Of a stretch of 64,000 nt of DNA, positions 20,601-26,990 are shown in pieces. Where the stretch lies: contig DASUSN010000158.1 of the NCBI GenBank assembly GCA_036375075.1, positions 70,791 to 134,790 of the forward strand, in the 5' to 3' direction. Position 1 is the stretch's first letter. Each line of letters begins with the position of its first letter. A program made the position numbers and the translations under genes. The notes beneath the pieces were generated by a model. It saw only the letters and a list, made by a program, of their open reading frames with translations. It ran no database searches and was not told the origin of the DNA. Source of the DNA: Thermoanaerobaculia bacterium. GTDB lineage: Bacteria > Acidobacteriota > Thermoanaerobaculia > Gp7-AA8.

Positions 20601-23600
20601 CCGCGGGGATGCTGTCGGTGGACTCGTGGCCGAAGTTGTCGGGCTGGGTCACGGTCATGTTGTTGGTCAGCGTGATCGTGTAGGTGACGTTGGTGCCCTG
20701 CACGAACGTGCCGCTGACGGACTTCGTGATCTCCACGATGCCCGACTGCAGGACGGTGAAGCTCGTCGGATCGTCCACCGCGGCGGTGGACGGATCGTCG
20801 GTCAGGTGGCTGCTGTCGTTGCTGTTGTCGCCGTCGGTGTCGAAGATCGTCTGGCCCTGGTTGGAGATCGTTCCGGTCGCGGTGGGGCTGATCGTGCAGG
20901 TGATCGTGATCGTCACGCTGCCGCCCGCCGGGATGGAGCCATTCCAGGCGAATGTGTCGGGGGCGACGACCAGCGCCGCCGTTCCGCTCGTGGCAGTCGA
21001 GCTGACGTACGTGAGTCCGGCCGGCAGGAGGTCCGTGAACTCGTGCTGGAAGTTGTTCGGCTGGGTGACCGTCATGTTGTTCGTGATCACGATCGTGTAG
21101 GTGACGTTGGTGCCCTGCACGAACGTGCCGCTGACGGACTTCGTCGCGGTGACCTCGCCCGTCTGACTGGCGACGTCGCCGTCGCTCGAGGAGTTGTCGC
21201 TGCCGTCCGGATCGGATTCGTCACCGTTCGCGGTGGCGGTGTTGCTGAACGCGCCGGAACTGTCGATGGTCGCCGTGACGGTGATGTTCGCGCTCGCGCC
21301 GGAGGCCAGCGAGCCGATCGTGCACGGCAGCGAACCGCAGGCGCCGCTCACGTTCGTGATGGTCAGGTTCGTCGGCGTGTCCGTCACGTCGACGTTCGTG
21401 GCCGCCGACGGTCCCGCGTTCGCCACGACGATCGTGTAGGTGACCGACTGGCCGATGGTGTACGGGCCGGCGGTGTCGAGGGTCTTGGTCACCGATACGT
21501 TGGCCTGGGCCGCGGCGGTGTCGCCGTCGTTGCCGGTGTTGTCGGCCGTGTTCGGATCGAAGTCCGCGGAGGTCGCGGTGGCGCTGTTGTCGAACGCGCC
21601 GGCGGCATCGATCGTCGCCGTGACGGTGATGTTCGTGCTCGCGCCGGAGGCGAGGGAGGCGATGGTGCACGGCGAGAACGACGTGCAGGCTCCGCTCACG
21701 TTCGTGATGGTCAGGTTGGTCGGCGTGTCCGTCACGGTGATGTTCGTCGCCGTGGACGGTCCCGCGTTGGCCACGTTGATCGTGTAGGTGACCGACTGGC
21801 CGACGAAGTACGGGCCGGCGGTGTCGAGCGTCTTCGTGACTGACACGTCCGCCGAGGCCGCGGCCGTGCCGCCGTTGCCGGTGTCGTCCGTGTTGTTCGC
21901 CGTGTTGGGGTCCGTCTGGTCAGCCGTGGCGGTCGCGCTGTTGTCGAACGCGCCGGCGGCGTCGATGGTCGCCGTGACGGTGATGCTCGTGGTCGGGCCG
22001 GGGGGGAGGCTGGCGATCGTGCACGGGAACGACGTGCAGGCGCCGCTCACGTTGGTGATGGTCAGGTTCGACGGCGTGTCCGTCACGCTGACGTTCGTCG
22101 CCACCGACGGTCCGGCATTGCCCACCGTGATCGTGTAGGTCACCGACTGACCGACCGTGAACGGACCGGCCGTGTCGAGCGTCTTGTTGATCCCGACATT
22201 CGCCGATGCCGCCACGGTGGTCGTCGCAGTGTCGCTCTCGTCGCCCGGATTGCCCTCGGCGCTATCCGAGGTGGCGGTGGCGGTATTCGAGAGCACCGTG
22301 CCGGCGGCGACGCCCGCCCCGACGTGGACCGTCAGCGTGAAGACGGAGCTGCCGACGCCGAAGCTCGAGTTCGTGCACGACACCGTGCCCGTCCCGCCGA
22401 CGGCCGGGGTCGTGCAGCCCCATCCGGGGACGTTGGGCATCGACACGAACGTCGTGCCGGCGGGGAGCGTATCGCTCCACGACGCGTTGACGGCCGTGTC
22501 CGGGCCGTTGTTGGTGATGGTGATGGTGTAGGTGAGGTTGGTGCCGGCGTCGACCGGATCGGGCGAGTCGGTCTTCGTCACCGCCAGATCGGAGATGGCG
22601 AAGATGCCCAGGAGCACCGGGTCATGGTCCGAGGCCCGGAACGGCGACGCCGGCTGGAACACGACGCGCGGCGGCACGAGGGCGGAGCCGTCCGGCTTCT
22701 CCTCGAACGCCTGGTTCTCGCCCGTGTCCCGGATTTCGTCGTTGTAGTCGAACAGCGGCACCTCGTCGGCGTTGATGTGCCACGCACCGACGCCCGTCAC
22801 CTGCGGAACCAGGCTGGCGCTGGCGAAGGTGTAGTCCAGGTGGCCGAGCTGTCCGTCGAACAGGTACGAGTAGGCGGTGGCTGCGCCGAGGAGATACGTC
22901 TCCATGTCGATGAAGCCGTTGGCGAAGAGCGTCAGGATCGGGTCTTCCTGCGCGTAGGAGTTGAAGTCCCCGACCATCACCACGTCCGGATCGCCCGCCG
23001 CCGGCACCACGGTGCCGTTGATCCAGGTCGCCAGGCGCGAGGCCTGCGCGTTCCGCGCTCCGTTGTAGCAGCTCTGGCCGTCGTTGGCGTCCGCGTTCGC
23101 GCCGGTCGCACTGCCGTCGCAGCCTTTCGACTTGGAGTGATTGGCGACGAACGTGAAGCGCTCGCCGAAGGCGGGGTTGGCCGGGTCGATGACGTCGAAC
23201 GTCTGCGCCGTCGGCGGCCGGTTGTGGACCGAGTCGAGATCGACGTGCGGGGATCCCACGGGGCCCAGGGTCGCCGAGCGGTAGATGATGTACACGCGGA
23301 TGGCGTCCGTGCCCAGCGTGCCGCCCGTGTTCACGAACGTATAGGGGTTGGCGCCGCCGCAGCGCGCGTTCACGGCGCCCAGGAGGTCGGTGATGGTGGC
23401 CGTGGCGGTGTTCTCCACCTCCATCAGGCCGGCCACGTGCGGGTCGAGGCCGCACAGGACGATCGACGCCCGCTCGCGCTGGCGGTTCAGCTCCGCCGCG
23501 CTGTCCGCGCCGCGGCAGTCCAGCGTCCCGGACGGGCCGCACGTCCCGGAGTTGTTCGAGCTCGTCGTGTCGATGGTGGTGAAGTAGTTCAGCATGTTCA

Positions 23601-25911
23601 TGCTGAGGGCCTTGATCGCGCCGCCCACCGCGGGCGGCGTGGCCGGGCGCGGGTTGGCGACGGTGAAGCTCGAGGCCGTGGCCGACGTCGGGCGCAGGCG
23701 CCAGGTGTTCGCGCCGGTCCCGGGGAAGGACCAGTGCAGCACGCCGGTCAGTCCCGTGACGAGATCGCCGCCGCGGAAGAAGTCCGTTCCCTGCGTGCCG
23801 ACCGAGAAGCCGCCGTTCGCGCGCGGGTGATAGACGAACTGGCTGCCGTCCGGCAGGGTGAGGGGGACGTTCTGCTGGTTGTCGTCGTCGTCGAGGACCA
23901 CCCGGCGGCGGTCGAGGTTGTCCAGATGGGCCGCGTATCCGGCCACGCTGGGCAGGTTGTCCTCGGTGAACTGCCGCGGGCGTCCGCCTTCGAACAGCTC
24001 GATGTGCCCGAAGCGGAACAGCTCGAAGTATTCGGCAACCGAGAGCGTGTCGGTGAAGGTGACGAGCATCCCCTCGCGCCGCTCGTAGAAGTCGTCGACC
24101 ACGCCGACGACCGGGAGATCGATCGTGGCCGGCGTCACCTGGGCGAGGTTGTTCCCTGCGTTCGTGACCACGATCGACGGAGCGGTGCTGGCCGTGATCT
24201 GGGTCATGTTGTTGAACTCGGAGACGGTGCCGGTGACCCGTACCCGCTGTCCCTCGGCCACCGCCGTCGGGCAGCCGCTGCAGAAGATGAAGATGCCTTC
24301 GGAGGTGGCGGGATCGGCGTCGACGTCGGCGTCCTCTTCCTGGAGGAAGAAGCCCGAGAGCTGCGTCGAAGCCTGGTAGTCGCCGACCACGACGCCTTCG
24401 ACGGTGACGGTCGCCCCGGCCATGCCGGTGGCGGAGGTGTTGCCCTGGACGTCGTGGATCCTCCACAGGTCGTCGTTGGTGATCGTGCCGAGACCCTGGC
24501 CGTCCGTGACGATGGCGTTGGTGACGTTGGTGACGTTCACGAAGAACGTCTCGTCCCCTTCCGGCGTGAGATTGCCGTTCACGGTGACGTCGAAGGTGTA
24601 GCTGCTGGAGCCCGCGGGGATGGTCTGGCCGGTGAGCGCCTGCGGGACGTAGTCGTTGTCCTCGGTGGCCGGATTGTCGTCCTGGGCCGTGCCGTCGGCG
24701 GTGGCGATGTCGAAGGTGACGCCGCCCGCGGGGGCAGGCGAGGAGAGGTTCACGGTGAAGCTGAAGGTGGTCGGGCCGGCGTTGCCCTCGCTGAGGGTGA
24801 CGTCGGTGACGGTGAGGTTCGGGGCGACGTCGTCGTTGGTGATCGTCCCCTGTCCCTGTCCGTCGGTGACGTTCGCGCCGGTGACGTTGGTGACGTTGAC
24901 GAAGAAGGTCTCGTTGGTTTCCGGGATCACGTCGCCGTTGACGGTGACGTTGAAGGCGTACGTGGAGCTGCCCGCCGGGATGGTCTGGCCGGTGAGGGAC
25001 TGCGGGACGTAGTCGTTGTCCTCGGTGGCCGGGTTGTCGTCCTGGGCGGTGCCGTCGGCGGTGGCGATGTCGAAGGTGACGCCGCCCGGACCCGCCGGGG
25101 CGGAGAGGCTCACGGTGAAGGTGAAGGTCGTCGTGGCGCCGTTGGTCTCGGCCTGAGAGACGTCGTTGATGGTGAGGTTGGGGACGACCGGGCCGCCCTG
25201 GGGGGTGAGCGAGAAGTCGTCGACGGCGAGCCCGTCGTCCGCGCCCGAGGCGTTGAAGTCGTTCCAGCGGATCCAGAACGTCGCGCCGTTCGCGATCGAG
25301 AGCGAGGGGATGGACTGGCTGATCGCCGTCCGGTTCGCGGCGTTGTTGCCGTCCAGCGCGCCCGCGGTGCCGGCGGTCTTGATCGGGTTGGTGAAGTCGA
25401 GCGCGTTGACGTCCGTCCAGGTGCCGGTCGTGAGGCTGGTGGCGTTCAGGCTGTACTGGAAATCCATCCGGTCGTCGCGGGCCGCCGCGGTGTTGGCGAT
25501 GCGCCACTGCTCACCCGTGTAGGCGACATCCAGACTCGTGAGCGTGTTGCCGGTGTTGTTCGTGAAGCACGCTCCGATGACCGGGATCAGCGTGCCGCTC
25601 TGCAGTCCGCCCAGGGCGCGCTCGGTGTTGCCGGCGGCGCCGTAGCTGAACGTGTCTCCCGTGTTGCTGCCGCCGGTGTCGACCGCGTACTGCTCGTTGT
25701 CGCGAGTTCCGCCGCCCGTTTCGGTCATGAACCAGCCGGTGATGGTCAGGTTGTTCGTCGTGCTGCCGGCGGTATTCGACAGCGTGTTGAAGTTCTGGGT
25801 AAACGCGCTGCCGGTGGTGGTCAGACTCACGCACTGCGCGTGCGCCAGCGGTGCGGCGAGAAAAGCAGACAGAACGAAAACGAAGACCGAGAGAGCACGG
25901 CGAGCGGTCAT
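17644..25911 (-). CDS. giant (2,755 aa) cell-surface ExeM/NucH-family extracellular endonuclease with Calx-beta, DUF11-type repeats and IPTL-CTERM-like sorting tail
   Basis: Start ATG 25911 (GGAGA 7 nt upstream; signal peptide MTARRALSVFVFVLSAFLAAPLAHA). Order: beta-rich N-domain; 2 Calx-beta-like repeats (...TITNDD); OB/LTD-like segment. Then an EEP nuclease fold (LSMNMLNYF, LMEVEN, VMVGDFNSY, SDHDPV), 4+7 DUF11/TIGR01451-like repeats, an Asp-rich domain and the tail DIPTASEWALMAMAAMLAAVALLVMKRG. Confidence 0.8.
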   Translation of the reverse strand: MTARRALSVFVFVLSAFLAAPLAHAQCVSLTTTGSAFTQNFNTLSNTAGSTTNNLTITGWFMTETGGGTRDNEQYAVDTGGSNTGDTFSYGAAGNTERALGGLQSGTLIPVIGACFTNNTGNTLTSLDVAYTGEQWRIANTAAARDDRMDFQYSLNATSLTTGTWTDVNALDFTNPIKTAGTAGALDGNNAANRTAISQSIPSLSIANGATFWIRWNDFNASGADDGLAVDDFSLTPQGGPVVPNLTINDVSQAETNGATTTFTFTVSLSAPAGPGGVTFDIATADGTAQDDNPATEDNDYVPQSLTGQTIPAGSSTYAFNVTVNGDVIPETNETFFVNVTNVTGANVTDGQGQGTITNDDVAPNLTVTDVTLSEGNAGPTTFSFTVNLSSPAPAGGVTFDIATADGTAQDDNPATEDNDYVPQALTGQTIPAGSSSYTFDVTVNGNLTPEGDETFFVNVTNVTNAIVTDGQGLGTITNDDLWRIHDVQGNTSATGMAGATVTVEGVVVGDYQASTQLSGFFLQEEDADVDADPATSEGIFIFCSGCPTAVAEGQRVRVTGTVSEFNNMTQITASTAPSIVVTNAGNNLAQVTPATIDLPVVGVVDDFYERREGMLVTFTDTLSVAEYFELFRFGHIELFEGGRPRQFTEDNLPSVAGYAAHLDNLDRRRVVLDDDDNQQNVPLTLPDGSQFVYHPRANGGFSVGTQGTDFFRGGDLVTGLTGVLHWSFPGTGANTWRLRPTSATASSFTVANPRPATPPAVGGAIKALSMNMLNYFTTIDTTSSNNSGTCGPSGTLDCRGADSAAELNRQRERASIVLCGLDPHVAGLMEVENTATATITDLLGAVNARCGGANPYTFVNTGGTLGTDAIRVYIIYRSATLGPVGSPHVDLDSVHNRPPTAQTFDVIDPANPAFGERFTFVANHSKSKGCDGSATGANADANDGQSCYNGARNAQASRLATWINGTVVPAAGDPDVVMVGDFNSYAQEDPILTLFANGFIDMETYLLGAATAYSYLFDGQLGHLDYTFASASLVPQVTGVGAWHINADEVPLFDYNDEIRDTGENQAFEEKPDGSALVPPRVVFQPASPFRASDHDPVLLGIFAISDLAVTKTDSPDPVDAGTNLTYTITITNNGPDTAVNASWSDTLPAGTTFVSMPNVPGWGCTTPAVGGTGTVSCTNSSFGVGSSVFTLTVHVGAGVAAGTVLSNTATATSDSAEGNPGDESDTATTTVAASANVGINKTLDTAGPFTVGQSVTYTITVGNAGPSVATNVSVTDTPSNLTITNVSGACTSFPCTIASLPPGPTTSITVTATIDAAGAFDNSATATADQTDPNTANNTDDTGNGGTAAASADVSVTKTLDTAGPYFVGQSVTYTINVANAGPSTATNITVTDTPTNLTITNVSGACTSFSPCTIASLASGASTNITVTATIDAAGAFDNSATATSADFDPNTADNTGNDGDTAAAQANVSVTKTLDTAGPYTIGQSVTYTIVVANAGPSAATNVDVTDTPTNLTITNVSGACGSLPCTIGSLASGASANITVTATIDSSGAFSNTATANGDESDPDGSDNSSSDGDVASQTGEVTATKSVSGTFVQGTNVTYTIVITNNMTVTQPNNFQHEFTDLLPAGLTYVSSTATSGTAALVVAPDTFAWNGSIPAGGSVTITITCTISPTATGTISNQGQTIFDTDGDNSNDSSHLTDDPSTAAVDDPTSFTVLQSGIVEITKSVSGTFVQGTNVTYTITLTNNMTVTQPDNFGHESTDSIPAGLTFVSANATSGTVAAVVSNTIVVWNGSIPSGGTVTITIVCSIDPTATGTISNQANSIFDKDGDNQNESEEFSDDPSTAAPNDPTSFTVIQANEVTATKAVSGTFVQGSNVTYTIVITNGMTVTQPDNFGHEFTDNLPAGLTLVPASFTATSGTTGSVSNIFFWDGSIPAGGTVTLTFAATIDPTATGTISNQGQTIFDKDGDAQNESSHLTDDPSTAAADDPTNFTVIQANDVTATKSVSGSFVQGSTVTYTVVITNNMTVTQPDNFGHEFTDNLPAGLTLLPGSFTATSGTTGSVSNIFFWDGSIPAGGTVTLTFAATISPSATGTISNQGQTIYDKNGDAQNESSHLTDDPSTAAADDPTNFTVIPAGIVSATKSVSGTFVQGSNVTYTIVVTNNMGIAQGDNAGNELTDVLPASLTLVSASATSGAAVPNVGTNTVTWNGALAAGASTTITINATINNTATGTVSNQANLAFDADGNGSNEASGVSDDPGTGTANDPTSFTVIPAGIVSATKSVSGTFVQGSNVTYTVVVTNNMSIAQADNAGNELTDVLPASLTLVSASATSGTATPNAGTNTVTWNGALAAGASTTITINATINNTATGTVSNQANLAFDADGNGSNESSGVSDDPATGTANDPTTFTVIPTGIVSATKSVSGTFTQGSNVTYTVVVTNNMGIAQFDNAGNELTDVLPASLTLVSASATSGTAVANAGTNTVTWNGGLAAGASTTITINATINNTATGTVSNQANLAFDADGNGSNESSGVSDDPGTAAANDPTSFTVTVTASDSDGDGVDDVVEQAAPNGGDGNGDGIPDHMQPTVASIPAATGSGYLTLQSSCTLQEVYVTTEGAMATGDPGFRYPHGLIAFRAPCSTATFSLFVYGSGAASAYRKFGPLPPGGPQQWYGIPATFTVTTVGSLHPRRIDFSLTDGATGDDTPVDGVIVDQGGPGDPEATDIPTASEWALMAMAAMLAAVALLVMKRG
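18182..21100. repeat. 7 tandem 417-bp coding repeats (139-aa DUF11-type modules) inside the giant gene
   Basis: Modules start ...ATKSVSGTFVQG(S/T)NVTYT... and end ...DDP(S/T)xFTV. Plus-strand shadow ORFs of 138 aa recur at 18599, 19016, 20267 and 20684 (417-nt spacing). The three promoter-distal units are almost identical at protein level. Confidence 0.9.
21101..22596. repeat. 4 DUF11-type coding repeats of about 116 aa (348-351-bp period) inside the giant gene
   Basis: (N/D)VS(V/I)(T/N)KTLDTAGP(Y/F)xVGQSVTYTIxVxNAGPSxATNVxVTDTPxNLTITNVSGAC... occurs three times, preceded by a diverged copy DLAVTKTDSPDPVDAGTNLTYTITITNNGPD. Confidence 0.85.
24466..25179. repeat. 2 tandem Calx-beta-like coding repeats (357-bp period) inside the giant gene
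   Basis: GVTFDIATADGTAQDDNPATEDNDYVPQxLTGQTIPAGSS...ETFFVNVTNVT...GTITNDD occurs twice with long identical stretches. Confidence 0.8.
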
Positions 25912-26022
25912 GAGTATCTCCGACGATTGAGTTGGGGGGACGAAAGGACGGCGCGAATTATCGCAGAGGTCGCGCGTGCAGGGGCGCTGATTTTCGTAAA
26001 ATCCGCTCGAATTGGAGACTGA

Positions 26023-26820
26023 ATGGCCGAGCTCGTTGCTTATCGCGTGGAAAAAGGCGTTGCCATCTTCGAGTTGAACGACCCCCCCGCGAATACCTAC
26101 ACCTATGAGATGAACCGCGCCCTGGACGACTGCATCCTCCGGGCGCGCATGGACGACGAGGTCCACGTGATCGTGATGCGCGGCGCGGGCGAGAAGTTCT
26201 TCTCCGCCGGCGCGAACATCCGGATGCTCACGGAGGTCACCCCGCAGTTCAAGTACTACTTCTGCCTCCACGCCAACGAGACCATGAACCGGCTCGAGCA
26301 GACGCCGAAACTGGTGATTGCCGCGCTGAACGGCCACTGCGTCGGCGGCGGCCTGGAGATCGCCATGGCCGCGGACATCCGCATCGCCCTGCAGGGCAGC
26401 GGCAAATGGGGTCTCCCGGAAGTCGGCCTCGGCGTCCTCCCCGGCACGGGCGGCACCCAGCGGCTCTCGCGCCTGGTCGGCAAGACGAAATCGCTCGAGC
26501 TGATGGTCGAAGGGGGCCTGCACGAGTACGAGAAGGCGCTCGAGCTGGGCGTGGTGAACTACGTCTGGCCCGCGGAAGAGGACGGGAAGAAGTGGTGGGA
26601 GCGGGTGATGGACTACGCCTGGAGCTTCTGCCCGCCGAACAAAGCCTCGAAAGCCGTGGGCCGCATCAAGCGGGCCGTCCAGACCGGATGGGAGATTCCC
26701 ATCGAGTCCGGCCTCGCCCTCGAACGGGAATTGCAGCAACAGCTCTTCCAGAGCGAAGACGCGGGAGAGGGGCTCGCCGCGTACACTGAGAAACGAACCC
26801 CGGCGTTTACGGGGAAGTGA
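26023..26820 (+). CDS. enoyl-CoA hydratase/isomerase (crotonase) family protein
   Basis: GEKFFSAGANI and ALNGHCVGGGLEIAMAADIRIA oxyanion-hole motifs. GGAGA upstream of ATG 26023. Confidence 0.85.
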   Translation: MAELVAYRVEKGVAIFELNDPPANTYTYEMNRALDDCILRARMDDEVHVIVMRGAGEKFFSAGANIRMLTEVTPQFKYYFCLHANETMNRLEQTPKLVIAALNGHCVGGGLEIAMAADIRIALQGSGKWGLPEVGLGVLPGTGGTQRLSRLVGKTKSLELMVEGGLHEYEKALELGVVNYVWPAEEDGKKWWERVMDYAWSFCPPNKASKAVGRIKRAVQTGWEIPIESGLALERELQQQLFQSEDAGEGLAAYTEKRTPAFTGK

Positions 26821-26825
26821 CGGCG

Positions 26826-26978
26826 GAGTCGTCGAGTCTTCGAGTCTTCGAGTCTTAGTCGTAAAGTCGTAAAGAGGACTCGTGGCGATTTCTCTTAAGA
26901 CTTTCAGACTCGACGCCTCGAAGACTCGACGGCTTGAAGACTCGACGACTCGACGACTTGAAGACTCGACGACTCGAC
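26826..26978. repeat. word-repeat palindrome, family B, copy 3 (largest)
   Basis: gagtcgtcgagtcttcgagtcttcgagtcttagtcgtaaagtcgtaaag ... cttaagactttcagactcgacgcctcgaagactcgacggcttgaagactcgacgactcgacgacttgaagactcgacgactcgac. Confidence 0.85.
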
Positions 26979-26990
26979 CAAGGACCATCC

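Noticed and set aside
17836-26022. Long ORFs at 17836-21843 (+), 22324-26022 (+) and 22622-25507 (-), plus the series of 138-aa plus-strand ORFs
   Set aside because: All lie within the giant nuclease gene. Their 417-nt periodic recurrence simply mirrors the coding repeats of the real minus-strand frame.
25912-26988. N-terminal 359-aa extension of the 3,114-aa track ORF
   Set aside because: The extension runs antisense through the crotonase gene and through palindrome B3 (translating to VVESSSRRVVESSSRRV). ATG 25911 has a GGAGA RBS and gives a proper signal peptide.
26934-26990. Track start MKTRRLDDLKTRRLDQGPS for the AKR-ALDH ORF
   Set aside because: These codons are the right arm of palindrome B3. 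ATG 26991 begins the conserved AKR N-terminus (MRYRNLHGTNFHLSELGLGTW).
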